From a virus (lineage: Duplodnaviria; Caudoviricetes): a DNA stretch of 64,000 bases. The first letter of the stretch is position 1. Every line of letters starts with the position of its first letter. Shown one piece after another: positions 17,359-26,979 of this stretch. The DNA lies in IMG/VR virus record IMGVR_UViG_3300025915_000014, positions 1-64,000 of that record; one strand, 5' to 3'. A model generated the notes under the pieces. It made no database searches. It had not been told where the DNA came from and saw only the letters and a list, made by a program, of their open reading frames with translations. A program made the position numbers and the translations under genes.

Positions 17359-17774
17359 GGCGGGTCCTCCCACCCGGCGGCGACGAGCAGGCCCAGGGCC
17401 AGCCCGGCGTAGATGGCGCACAGCCCCCACAGTCCCGGCGAGTCGGTGGTCACCCAGTCCAGCACCGAGGCGACCGACCACCACGACCACAGCGCCACCG
17501 CGAGGCCGAAGTGGAACCCGTCGGGTATCCGCCGCGGGATGCCGGTCAGCAGCACGACCCCGATGGCAATCCACACCAGACCCCAGGCGGGCACCGGGAA
17601 CCGGAACAGCTCGTGACTCGCCGCGGGCCACCAGATGGCCGTGTCGGCGGGCGTGGTGGCCAGGGCCGCGCCGTAGATGATGTCGACGGCGGCGGCGAGC
17701 GCCAGCATCGCGCCCCGGCGGCCGACCCACATGCGCAGCCGCACCGACCACTGCGGCTCGAACCTGCTCGGCAT
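17355..17774 (-). CDS. Lysis-region multi-pass membrane protein
   Basis: About 4 hydrophobic segments. Confidence 0.75.
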   Translation of the reverse strand: MPSRFEPQWSVRLRMWVGRRGAMLALAAAVDIIYGAALATTPADTAIWWPAASHELFRFPVPAWGLVWIAIGVVLLTGIPRRIPDGFHFGLAVALWSWWSVASVLDWVTTDSPGLWGLCAIYAGLALGLLVAAGWEDPP

Positions 17775-17795
17775 CCCCCCACCCCCCCCGGGGTT

Positions 17796-18893
17796 TCAGC
17801 AGCCCGTCGATCTGAACGACACGTGCACGTGGTCGTAGTGGTTGGCGGTGATCGAGCCGCGGTCCTCCATCGGCTGCCACCCGCGGCCGTCGTTGTAGCG
17901 CTGCCGCCAGATCACGTACGTGACCCCGAGCTCCACCCGGTGCGCGAGGACGTAGTCCGCGAGCTGGTCACCGATGCCGGGCATCAGGAGGTCCAGGGCG
18001 AGGCCTTTGGGGTGGTCGGATCCGGCGGTGCCGCGGGAGCCGCGGCCGAGCACCTTCGCGGGCGGGATGTGGAAGTGGACCATCAGCAGCCGTCCGGCGC
18101 GGGACACCCACGGCAGGGTTCCGGCGAGTGCGGTGACGGCTCCGCAGCCGGGGTTGACCGCCGCGGGCTTCGGGGGTGTCAGCTTGGGGGTCACGCGCGC
18201 GGGCGCGGGCGCGGGCGCGGGTGTGCGCGCAGGCGCGTGTGTAGGCGCGGGCGCGCGCGTGGACGCAGGCGCGCGCGTGGGCGGAGGGGTGGTGGTCGTT
18301 GTGGGGGCTGGCTTCGTCGTCGTAGGGGCCGCCCGCGGGGACGGCGTAGGAGGGGCTGTGGTGGCCGTGTGCGGCGCGGCCCGGTGCGCAGGCGTGCGCG
18401 TAGGCGGCGGCGTCGTGCGGCGCGTGTGCGTCACACGGGGCGGCGCGTGGTGCCTGCGGTGCCGGTAGTGCCGGTGCCGGTCCGGGTGCCGCTTCGGCGA
18501 GGGCCGGGCGAGCAACCGGGGCGGGCGCGGGTAGGGCGGCGCCGAGGTGGTGGCGTGCGTCGCCGCGGGGGTCTGCGGCGCCTCCGCGGGCGCCAGCACG
18601 TACCGCTCCTCGGGTGGGGTGACGGTGCCCGACCGCGGCAGGTCCGCCGCGACGAACACGACCGCGAGGACGGCGACCACGAAGCCGGTGATCAGGGTTC
18701 GGCCCCAACGGATCCGCTGCGGCGGGCGGCGCCGGTGCCGCCCGCGGGGGGTGCGCGGCGGTCGTACCGGCACCCGATGAGCCGGGGCCCGTCGAATGTG
18801 GACCGGGGCGAACGTCATCGTGGGGGTGTCCGCGAGCGGATCCCACTCCTGTTCGGCGAGGACGCCCGGCAGGGACACGTGCACGGTCGGCAT
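17796..18893 (-). CDS. Membrane-anchored/secreted M15-like (LAS) metallopeptidase-domain protein
   Basis: TM, long PAT/H-rich linker, C-terminal SDHP.G.ALD...YVIW...HYDHVHVSF; SD GAAGGAGG. Confidence 0.75.
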   Translation of the reverse strand: MPTVHVSLPGVLAEQEWDPLADTPTMTFAPVHIRRAPAHRVPVRPPRTPRGRHRRRPPQRIRWGRTLITGFVVAVLAVVFVAADLPRSGTVTPPEERYVLAPAEAPQTPAATHATTSAPPYPRPPRLLARPSPKRHPDRHRHYRHRRHHAPPRVTHTRRTTPPPTRTPAHRAAPHTATTAPPTPSPRAAPTTTKPAPTTTTTPPPTRAPASTRAPAPTHAPARTPAPAPAPARVTPKLTPPKPAAVNPGCGAVTALAGTLPWVSRAGRLLMVHFHIPPAKVLGRGSRGTAGSDHPKGLALDLLMPGIGDQLADYVLAHRVELGVTYVIWRQRYNDGRGWQPMEDRGSITANHYDHVHVSFRSTGC

Positions 18894-18967
18894 CCGGTCC
18901 CCCCTCCTTCCCGCCGAAGGTAAACGGCCGGGAAGGTGGATCTCCGGGGGCGCGCCGCAACGAGTTC

Positions 18968-18991
18968 GGCCCCCGCCGGATGGCGGGGGCC
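18968..18991 (-). terminator. Hairpin terminator
   Basis: GGCCCCCGCC-GGAT-GGCGGGGGCC. Confidence 0.6.
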
Positions 18992-19006
18992 GTGGGACCG
19001 GGGGGC

Positions 19007-19171
19007 TCAGCCGTACATCTCGGCGGCCAGCTCGCGCAGCCGCTCGACGAGGGCGGCGTCGGCCTGGGTGGGCACCCAGGGGAGTACCTGCACCGGCTGC
19101 CCGGCGGCGTTGGTGGTGCGCCCGAAGACGCGGAGCTGGGGGGCGGGGGCCTGGGGCGTGGTAGCAACCAT
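19007..19171 (-). CDS. hypothetical protein (leaderless, own promoter)
   Basis: ATG 19171 six nt after CATACT -10. Confidence 0.65.
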   Translation of the reverse strand: MVATTPQAPAPQLRVFGRTTNAAGQPVQVLPWVPTQADAALVERLRELAAEMYG

Positions 19172-19177
19172 GCCACC

Positions 19178-19207
19178 AGTATGCGCGCCGGGCGCGCGAG
19201 ACTGCAA
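19178..19207 (-). promoter_or_regulatory. Promoter with palindromic operator in spacer
   Basis: Minus strand TTGCAG-18 bp-CATACT; palindrome at 19183-19197. Confidence 0.75.
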
Positions 19208-19208
19208 G

Positions 19209-19406
19209 CTAGTCGCCCGGTTCGCGGGCCTTCTCCAACGTCGCCACCCGCTCGGTCAGCTCGGTGATCTGCCGTTGCGCCTGCGTCGCGACCGCCTGCC
19301 ACTTCGCGGCCTCCAGGTTCGCCGCGCCGACCTGTTGCGCGTGCAGCGCCTGCAAGTACACGAGCAGCTCCTGCCAGTCGAGCTGCATCCCGTTCGGTGC
19401 GCTCAC
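19209..19406 (-). CDS. Small coiled-coil protein after tail fibre
   Basis: Coiled-coil composition; GTGA overlap. Confidence 0.7.
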   Translation of the reverse strand: MSAPNGMQLDWQELLVYLQALHAQQVGAANLEAAKWQAVATQAQRQITELTERVATLEKAREPGD

Positions 19407-19696
19407 AGCACGCCCGCGAGTTGCTTGGCGAACGCCCGGAAGTCCTGCGCGGTGGGCAACGCCTGCTCACCGCGGTAGATGGCGGCCAGCTTCGCCAGAT
19501 CACTGAACGCCGACTTGAGCACGGCCACATCCCCGCTCGTGTAGTTGATCGGGGCCGCGGTCAGGTCCGTGTCCGGGGTGGCGTCCAGGAAGGCCTTGAA
19601 GGCGACGATCTGATCGAACAGGTTGCGCACCCCCACCGCGAGCGCCCCCGACCGGTCGTCGATGTCGGCGCGGGTCTTCGGATACCCGACGGCCAT
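19403..19696 (-). CDS. Tail-region hypothetical protein
   Basis: SD AGGAGG; follows tail fibre. Confidence 0.75.
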   Translation of the reverse strand: MAVGYPKTRADIDDRSGALAVGVRNLFDQIVAFKAFLDATPDTDLTAAPINYTSGDVAVLKSAFSDLAKLAAIYRGEQALPTAQDFRAFAKQLAGVL

Positions 19697-19704
19697 GCTT
19701 CCTC

Positions 19705-22050
19705 CTAGGCGATCTTGGCGCGCTTGCCGGACGCGAACAGCGCATAGACGGAGCCCGCGTCCACGTACAAGGTGGCGCCGGTGGTCGGCGGCGGCGGCGG
19801 CGTCGCCAGCTCCGGTATCCACTTGGGACCGTTGACCGCCTTGTCGATGCGGTCGTGCACGTCGCTCTGGCCCTGCCACAGCAGCGTCACCAGACCGTCC
19901 AGGGAGATGCCGAGCGACTCAGGTTCCCCGGGCAGGATCGGCCCGATGTTGTGCTGCACCACCTCCGGCACGTCCTCGGCGATCAGCCCGAACTGTGTCG
20001 GGGCCTCCCGCGGGCCGCGCTTGAGGGTGCCGTCGCTGTAGTAGACGGGGCCCTCGTCGCCGATGTTCTTCTGGAAGTAGCACGCCTTGGCGGCGCGCAC
20101 CGCCTGCCGCGGGTCGAGATCCTGCGCCGGGGTGATGTTGCGCTTGATCGTCTGGCTGGACGAGGAGACGACCGTGCCGTCATAGACGACCGACCACACC
20201 CCGAGGTCCTTGCGCTGGGTCACGTTGTTGCCCACGATCCAGAACCGTTCGTTCAGCCCGGACCCGGCGATGTCGGCGAAGGTCACCCCGATGTTGTTGT
20301 TGACCGCCGCGAAGTGCGCCTCGTCGTGCCCGGACCCACCCGAGCGCGAGTTGTTGTAGTAGAGCAACGTATCGCTGATCATGCTCGTGCCGTGCGTGAC
20401 CATGAACCGGAAGCCCGGGTCGGAGCCCTGGTCGACGTCGGCCATCATGTCGAACTGGTAGCCGCGGATCCGCCCGGCCGTGGACGAGGCGCCGGACGAG
20501 ACGAAGATGTCGGTCTTGATCGTGGCGAAGAGGTTCGTCGGGTCGGCGTAGATGAGCGAGGCGTAGTCCTCGCGGGCGATGCAGATCCCGCGCAGCGTGC
20601 CGCTCGACGCGCCGTACATCATTATTCCGGCGTAGTTGCCGCTCGACACGATCGAGTCGATCGAGGCGTACTGGGAGCCGGTGCTCGGGTAAAACCGCAC
20701 GGTGTCCGGGTTGTTGCCGCCCGGGTTCATCACGATCCGGGTCCCGGACAGCGCGGTCTGGACGCTGCCGATGGCCAGGAAGTCGCCGGTGGCGCTGTTC
20801 AGCCACAGCGTCCGGTTGCCGGAGCCGTCGAAGCCCTGCAAGCCCGCGGTGGGGTGCAGCTCCACGCGGGCCCCGGTCAGGGTTCCGGCGATGACCCGCG
20901 ATGCCACCACCAGATCGGCTTGCAGCTTGGAGGCGGTGACCGAGCCCGCGGCTATCTGCCCGGCGGTGACCGAGTTGGCGGCCAGCTCCGCGGTGTTCAC
21001 CGCCAACGCGAGGATCTCCCGGGAGGTGACCGCGTCGGCGGCGATGGTCCCGGCGGACACGGCGTCGGCGGCGATCGTCCCGGCCTGCACCGCCCCCGTG
21101 GCGATCTTCCCGGCGATCACGGATCCTGCGGCCAGCTCGGTGGCGCCGATGGAGGTCGCGGCCACCTCGCGGGCGGTCACCGCATCGGCGGCGATCTTCC
21201 CGGCACTGACGGAGTCGGTGGCGAGCGACGTCGACTGCACCGCCCCCGCGATGATCTTCGGGGTGCTGATGGAGCCGTCCGCTATCTGCGTGGTGGTGAC
21301 CGCCCCGGCCGCGAGCTTCGCGGTCGTCACCGCGTTGGCCGCGAGCTGCGTGGCCGTCACCGCATTGGCCGCGATCTTCGTGACGTCGATCGCGTTGACC
21401 GCCACCTTGGCCGTCGCCACCGCCCCGTCGGCGATCTTCAACGTGCTGATCGCGCCGTCCAGGATGTCCTGCCCCACCACCTGCGACGGGGTCGCCGGGC
21501 CGCCCTGCAAGGAGGTGGTCGAGGTGGAGCGCGTGCCGGTGCCGGTGTTCGCCGCGGGCTCCGCCGCGTTCGTGGCGATCAGCACCGCGTAGTAGGGGGC
21601 GCTGGTGTCCAGCGGCGCCACCGGGATGGACCCGGAGTCGGGCAGGGTGCCCTGGAAGTTGGTGGGGCCCGGGATGAAGTTCGCCGTGCCCGAGAGGTAC
21701 ACCTCGACGTTTTTGAAGTTGGCCGGTCTGTCGGCGGTGGAGAACGTGCCGTTCCACGACACGACGATGCCGGAGTTGATCGGCGCCAGGTCCGGGGTGT
21801 TCGGGCGCGGCGGCGGGCTCGCGTTCTGGTAGGTGAGGCCGGTGGTGCCGTCGTCCTGCACCCCGACGATCCCGGTCAGCACCCCGTTCGCGTCCCGGAT
21901 CGGCATCGTCCCCATGATCGTGGTGGAGCCGAGCTGCGCGGTGCGGAGCTGCTCGTACAGCGCCGTGATGTCCCCGTCGATCGAGGCCAGCCGGTCGGCG
22001 AGGCGGCGCTCCGCGGGCGAGGGCAGCACCCGGTAGGCGGGGGTGGTCAT
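19705..22050 (-). CDS. Tail fibre/spike with 10-aa repeats and C-terminal S74-like chaperone
   Basis: About 17 (I/L)AAxAVTxxx repeats; C-terminal SS..IKRNI...FGLIAEDV. Confidence 0.85.
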   Translation of the reverse strand: MTTPAYRVLPSPAERRLADRLASIDGDITALYEQLRTAQLGSTTIMGTMPIRDANGVLTGIVGVQDDGTTGLTYQNASPPPRPNTPDLAPINSGIVVSWNGTFSTADRPANFKNVEVYLSGTANFIPGPTNFQGTLPDSGSIPVAPLDTSAPYYAVLIATNAAEPAANTGTGTRSTSTTSLQGGPATPSQVVGQDILDGAISTLKIADGAVATAKVAVNAIDVTKIAANAVTATQLAANAVTTAKLAAGAVTTTQIADGSISTPKIIAGAVQSTSLATDSVSAGKIAADAVTAREVAATSIGATELAAGSVIAGKIATGAVQAGTIAADAVSAGTIAADAVTSREILALAVNTAELAANSVTAGQIAAGSVTASKLQADLVVASRVIAGTLTGARVELHPTAGLQGFDGSGNRTLWLNSATGDFLAIGSVQTALSGTRIVMNPGGNNPDTVRFYPSTGSQYASIDSIVSSGNYAGIMMYGASSGTLRGICIAREDYASLIYADPTNLFATIKTDIFVSSGASSTAGRIRGYQFDMMADVDQGSDPGFRFMVTHGTSMISDTLLYYNNSRSGGSGHDEAHFAAVNNNIGVTFADIAGSGLNERFWIVGNNVTQRKDLGVWSVVYDGTVVSSSSQTIKRNITPAQDLDPRQAVRAAKACYFQKNIGDEGPVYYSDGTLKRGPREAPTQFGLIAEDVPEVVQHNIGPILPGEPESLGISLDGLVTLLWQGQSDVHDRIDKAVNGPKWIPELATPPPPPTTGATLYVDAGSVYALFASGKRAKIA

Positions 22051-22076
22051 GCGCTCATCATGGGCACTCGCCGCCG

Positions 22077-25000
22077 CTAGTTCCCGAACCCCGACCGGCG
22101 CGTCAGCGTCAACGCCGCCACCCCGGTATCCGGGTCGTACTCGATGGTGATGATCCGATGCCACTGGGCGAACGCCCCGTAGTAGGGCAGCCGCACCCGC
22201 GGCAGGATCTCATCGCCGCACGCGAACGTCCCCCACGGCGCGTTGGGGTGCCGCACGTTCACGGCGATCTGCGCTATCTCCTCGATGGCGGCCAGCCGCA
22301 GCGCGACCTCCATCGCGGCCCGCGACGTCGCCGACTTCGCCGTCATGATCCGCTGGTCGGTGACGACGGTCGGCATCCGCAGCCGGTCCGCGATGGTGGT
22401 CCCCGAGTAGCCGATGATCGAATCAACGCCGGTGCCCGCCCCCTTCACATACGCCGAATCCGCGTACTGATCGTCGGGTTCCTCGAAGGCGCCAACCTCG
22501 AAGATGTTCTCCCCCTGGGTGAAGTTCAGCGCCGGGCGGCGCACCCCGAGCTGCGGGGACTGGCAGGTGATCCGATGCCACACCACGTTCTTGGTCGCCG
22601 GGTCGGCGTAGCCGCACTCCTCGATGTAGTCGAACGGGGTGTCGGTGCCCAACCTGTCGATGATCTGCCCGATGGCGGGCAGCTCGAAGCCGCGGATGAA
22701 GTAGGGCCCGTCGGCGTTGAAGATGTCCTTGATCGCCTTGTCGCTCTCCGCGGCCACGTACTTGTCCAGGAACGCCTCCTGCAACGCCCGGCCCTGACCC
22801 AGCCCGCCCTGGGCGAGGAAGTCGTTCATCAGGCTCTGATGCCAGGTGTTGACCTCGTCGGGCATCCCCGGCCACGACCAATCGCCGTTGACGAACTCGT
22901 TGGTCTTGAGCTTGGCGGAGATCTCCGCCGCGGCCCGCGGCCGGTCCGGGAGCTGCGGGGTGCTGGTCGGCGCCACCGGCGGATCCCCGATCAGCACCCC
23001 GGACGCCCCGGCCACGGTGAGCCCGAGGTTGCCGCGCGGGAATGACTGGATGTGCTCCCACAGCTTGCGCACCACGTCGATCGGGTCGACCTGCACCCCG
23101 ACGTAGTCGGTGACGTACGGGATGCGCGCCGCGTACGCGGACGGCCCGACCGCGGTGATGCTCATGGTGCCGTCCTCTTCGGTGGAGGGCGGCATCAGGA
23201 TTCCCGACGCGCGCACGTCCCCGCCCTGCTCCACGTGCAGCCAGGTGCCCCACGGCGGCAGCGCCACCAGCAGCTCCCCCAGCTCGGCGTTCTCCGGGGC
23301 GATCGAGCCGCTGATGGCGTTCGGGCCGGACAGCCGGTAGGTGAGCTTGAGCCCGTCGATCGGGAGCTCGCGGTGCACCCACGTGTTGCCGATGATGGTC
23401 TGCGCCATCACCCGCACCCCGCTGGACACGATGATCGGCGGGATGCCGCGCGCCGACGGGGCGGAGCGGGTGCCGATGATCCCGACGGTGATCGGCCGGA
23501 TGATCAGGCCCACCTTGGCGGGGGAGAACGCGGTGCCGCCGCCGAACGCCGACCCGACGACCATGCCGACCGCGACGGTGCCCAGCGGCACCACGTGCGA
23601 CACCGTCACCGGGTTGATCACGACACCGACGGCGGGCGGCGCGCCCAGGGTGATCCGGCGTTGCAGATCGAGCGGCTGGATGAGCAGCCCGATCGGGACC
23701 GGGATGGTGCCGATGCTGTGCGACACCAGGACCTTGGCGCCGCCCGCCGCCCCGGAGGGGGCCGCGGTGCCGGTCTTCGGGTTCGCCCGACCGACCGCCT
23801 TCGCCCCGCCCGGTGCGCCCCGCGGCACACCCGCGCCCGTCTTGGTGCTGACGTGCGTGATGACCTTGCCGCCGCCCGGGGCGCCGCGCGCTGCCGCCGT
23901 GCCGGTCTTGAGGATCGGCGGGACGTAGGCCTGGTCGAGCTTGAGGAAGACGATCGTCGCGATGGCGGACCCGGACGATCCGGTGCTGGTGTCGGTCTTG
24001 TTGTAGGCGCCCGCCTTCAAGTAGCAGTTGGTCGGCTCGGTGAAGCTGGCCGCGGTGTAGCTGAACTGGGGCGTGCTGGGCAGGTTCGAGGCCGGGCCGA
24101 CGCAGCCGTAGATGTTGACGTTGCCGCCGGTGATCTCGATCCGGGTGGTGATCAGATCGGTGGTGCTGATCGAGGTGAGCAGGTTCCCGACGCTGGGCCC
24201 GTTGACGAACAGCCGCACCCGGGACGGGCTGGCGTCGTAGTCGACGGTGATGTAGATGGGCGGGGTGCCGCCGGTGGCATGGATCTGCCCGATGATCATT
24301 ACCTTTTGCGGGGCGGATCCGCCGACAATGCTCGTCGGGTCGTAGTAGGCGGAGACGGTCTGCTGGCGGCTGGTGGTCGCCATGTCCCACGCCGAACGGG
24401 TCTGGCTCCCGATGACGCCGTCCCACTCGCGGAACTCGTCACGGACCCCGGTGGAGCCGCTTGTCGTGGCGCCGTTGACGGGCGCGGTGAGCACCAGCCG
24501 GTTCGAGCCGTCCAGGTAGAAGTAGGTGGGGTCCTGGTAGCTGTTCAGCGCCGGTTGGACGATCTCGTCGGCGTCCGGGTGCGGGGTCGCGATGTCGACC
24601 GGGATGGTGAGGCTGTAGTTGCTGATGCCGAACACCGCGCCCGGCGCCTTGGTCACGACCTTGCCGCCGCCCGGCGCGCCCCGCGCCGCGGACGTGCCCG
24701 TCTTGGTGTACGTCGTCCCGGACGGCGGCAGGTACGGCACCGCCACCGTGATCGACACCCACTGCTCGGCGGTGCCCAGGCTGACCGCGCCCGGGGTGAA
24801 CGACGACACCGCGGTATAGCCGCGCTCCTGCGTGTTCGTCGCCGCCGACTGCGTCGTCGTCGGGTTCTGCGTGGTGACGTTGGAGAACCCCGACGCGGTC
24901 CCGAACGACTGCGTGGTCCCCGTCGACGAGTCGGTGAAGGAGCACAGCACGCACAGGTAGTCCCCGGTGCCGCCGGACGGGCTGATCGCCGTCGGGGTCG

Positions 25001-25355
25001 TCGACGAGGCCGAGCCGCCGTTGGCGTCGGTCTCCTCCGGTGTGTTCCCGCTCTGAATGGAGATCGAGATGTGGGTGGACTGCTCCGCGGTCGAGGTGTT
25101 GACCGTGAGCGCGTCGGAGCCGGTGGCCCGCTTCCACAGCACGGAGCCGGTGTGGTTGGTGGTGGCGCCCTGCGGGATCGAGGCGAGGATCGCCCAGCCG
25201 GTGGAGGAGGTGGAGACCGTGGCCGTCGCGGTGTCGCTGGCGAACGCGACCAGCAGCAGATCACCGGCCACCGTGGTGGGCAGCGTGATCGGGTGCGTGG
25301 TCGAGTCGGAGGTCTGCGAGCCTTGCGCGCGTGCGCGGACGGTGGCCAGGGTCAC
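22077..25355 (-). CDS. Minor tail protein: beta-rich N-terminus + PL7 lyase-like domain + hub-like C-terminus
   Basis: PL7 motifs RDEFRE, QIH, YLKAGAY; KTGT..GAPGG repeats; C-terminal half from MAQTIIG (23408) resembles actinophage minor tail/hub proteins. Confidence 0.8.
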   Translation of the reverse strand: MTLATVRARAQGSQTSDSTTHPITLPTTVAGDLLLVAFASDTATATVSTSSTGWAILASIPQGATTNHTGSVLWKRATGSDALTVNTSTAEQSTHISISIQSGNTPEETDANGGSASSTTPTAISPSGGTGDYLCVLCSFTDSSTGTTQSFGTASGFSNVTTQNPTTTQSAATNTQERGYTAVSSFTPGAVSLGTAEQWVSITVAVPYLPPSGTTYTKTGTSAARGAPGGGKVVTKAPGAVFGISNYSLTIPVDIATPHPDADEIVQPALNSYQDPTYFYLDGSNRLVLTAPVNGATTSGSTGVRDEFREWDGVIGSQTRSAWDMATTSRQQTVSAYYDPTSIVGGSAPQKVMIIGQIHATGGTPPIYITVDYDASPSRVRLFVNGPSVGNLLTSISTTDLITTRIEITGGNVNIYGCVGPASNLPSTPQFSYTAASFTEPTNCYLKAGAYNKTDTSTGSSGSAIATIVFLKLDQAYVPPILKTGTAAARGAPGGGKVITHVSTKTGAGVPRGAPGGAKAVGRANPKTGTAAPSGAAGGAKVLVSHSIGTIPVPIGLLIQPLDLQRRITLGAPPAVGVVINPVTVSHVVPLGTVAVGMVVGSAFGGGTAFSPAKVGLIIRPITVGIIGTRSAPSARGIPPIIVSSGVRVMAQTIIGNTWVHRELPIDGLKLTYRLSGPNAISGSIAPENAELGELLVALPPWGTWLHVEQGGDVRASGILMPPSTEEDGTMSITAVGPSAYAARIPYVTDYVGVQVDPIDVVRKLWEHIQSFPRGNLGLTVAGASGVLIGDPPVAPTSTPQLPDRPRAAAEISAKLKTNEFVNGDWSWPGMPDEVNTWHQSLMNDFLAQGGLGQGRALQEAFLDKYVAAESDKAIKDIFNADGPYFIRGFELPAIGQIIDRLGTDTPFDYIEECGYADPATKNVVWHRITCQSPQLGVRRPALNFTQGENIFEVGAFEEPDDQYADSAYVKGAGTGVDSIIGYSGTTIADRLRMPTVVTDQRIMTAKSATSRAAMEVALRLAAIEEIAQIAVNVRHPNAPWGTFACGDEILPRVRLPYYGAFAQWHRIITIEYDPDTGVAALTLTRRSGFGN

Positions 25356-25368
25356 GGGGGGCCCGGCC

Positions 25369-25842
25369 CTAGACGGTGGCCTTGTAGACGAACAGACCGG
25401 AGGCGTTGACGGTGAGCACGAGCGTGGTGCCGTCGGTGGTGGCGGCGATGTCGCAGTAGAACAGCGGAAGCCGGGTGGTGTCGGTCGAGCTGCCCGGGGC
25501 CGGGTCGTAGAAGAACACCGCCCGCGCCAAGGTGTTGTTCGCCGCCCCGCCAGCGTTCGTCCAGGTGATCGTCACATCCGAGGAGGCGGACACCTGATCG
25601 GCGGTGTTGTCGATCGTCACCGCCGGGTTCGTGAGCGTCTTGCGCGCGTAGTTGGTGAAGGTGGCCTCGTCCGCGGTGCCCGCCCAGAGCGCGGTCAGGG
25701 TGGTGTAGTCCACGACCGCCCCGTCGGCCGGGTTCCCGGCCGCCTGCATGAGCGCCACCTGGATGTCGGGGGCCCCGCCCGCGGCCTGCTCCCAGTAGTA
25801 CTGGAGCTTCCCCTTGTAGGCGTTCGCCGCCACATTCCCCAT
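25369..25842 (-). CDS. Virion structural protein (E..YAR-motif family)
   Basis: DEATFTNYARKTL; beta-rich; within tail operon. Confidence 0.75.
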   Translation of the reverse strand: MGNVAANAYKGKLQYYWEQAAGGAPDIQVALMQAAGNPADGAVVDYTTLTALWAGTADEATFTNYARKTLTNPAVTIDNTADQVSASSDVTITWTNAGGAANNTLARAVFFYDPAPGSSTDTTRLPLFYCDIAATTDGTTLVLTVNASGLFVYKATV

Positions 25843-25853
25843 GACGCCGCCCC

Positions 25854-26906
25854 CTAGTACGGGTACCGCTTGAAGTTGATGAACAGGTTCAGATAGACCC
25901 CGTTCCTGGTCCCGAGGTCCCCGAGGTGCAGCGCCGGGTTGAGCATGTGCACCTGCGCCTGCCAGGGCTGCACGGTGCCGCGCATGGACGACGGGATGCT
26001 CCAGGTGCCGCCGAGCGGGATGACGAACTGCTGCGGACCCGGCCCGGCCGCCTGATCCGCGGACACGTTCTCATCCCACATGATCGTCGGCGTGGTGTTG
26101 CCGGTGCCGGAGCCGACCCGGAACCGGAACTCGCCCCAGGTGTCGTTGTTGTACTGCGGGTTGAAGGTTCCGAAGATGTCGCACTCGACCGCCCAGTCGG
26201 GGATGGGCACCGAGAACACCCCGCCCGCGGGCCAGTCGGTGAATGCGGTCGTGTTGTGGCTAAACGTGGTGACCGTCGGGAAATGGATTGAGTTTGTATA
26301 TATCTGGCTGGCGATCGGCGGCGGTGACGTGGGGGGCAGCGTGTCGTCGATGATCCGCTTGCCGGAGAGGTCCACCAGGGAGCGCAGGTCGGTGATGTCC
26401 GCGGCCTGCACGATCGAGCTGTTGGTGCGCTTGATCCGCGCCAGGGTGAGCGCCGTCCAGGTGTTGTTCCAGCTCGTGACGTCGGTGATGTTCGTCGGGG
26501 TGACGCCCTCGATGACCCGCGCCTGCCAGTAGGGCCCGCCGACCGGGTCCGCCGGGATCGGCCACGACCCGGTGCCCACCCCGCCCGCGTACGGGTTCTC
26601 CACCCGCAGGATCACCAGGTCCGTACGGGATGCCCCCGGGGTGGGTGTGACCGGCAGGGTGAGCTGCGAGTCGAACTTGTCCGCGTAGGCCTCGAACGCG
26701 ATAGCCGTCGCCCTGGAGTTGATCACGAAGCCGCCGGGGTCGACGGTCACGAACGCGCCCGGGGTGCCGAGCGCGGACACCTTGCACGACGCCGAGGTGA
26801 TCACGCCCTGCTGTCCGCGGGCGGCCATCCACGCCTGGAAGCGCGCGGTCTTGGGGCTATGCCGTGCGTCCTGGTCGATGTACCAGGGAACCCCGCCGGT
26901 GGTCAT
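25854..26906 (-). CDS. Minor tail / baseplate upper protein
   Basis: Position after Dit; RTDLVILRVENP motif. Confidence 0.75.
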   Translation of the reverse strand: MTTGGVPWYIDQDARHSPKTARFQAWMAARGQQGVITSASCKVSALGTPGAFVTVDPGGFVINSRATAIAFEAYADKFDSQLTLPVTPTPGASRTDLVILRVENPYAGGVGTGSWPIPADPVGGPYWQARVIEGVTPTNITDVTSWNNTWTALTLARIKRTNSSIVQAADITDLRSLVDLSGKRIIDDTLPPTSPPPIASQIYTNSIHFPTVTTFSHNTTAFTDWPAGGVFSVPIPDWAVECDIFGTFNPQYNNDTWGEFRFRVGSGTGNTTPTIMWDENVSADQAAGPGPQQFVIPLGGTWSIPSSMRGTVQPWQAQVHMLNPALHLGDLGTRNGVYLNLFINFKRYPY

Positions 26907-26979
26907 GCTCTCACCCCTCCGATCACCCGCGCGATCACGATGCCAGACAGACGCCGCCGCGCCGGGACGCCACGCGCGC

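Noticed and set aside
18181-18460. DNA repeats (GCGGGC, GCGCGTG)
   Set aside because: Explained by the PAPA/TRAP-rich coding linker of the M15-like protein
19855-25409. Long plus-strand ORFs (19855..22080, 23052..25409) and other alternative frames
   Set aside because: Overlap well-supported minus-strand tail genes; shadow ORFs
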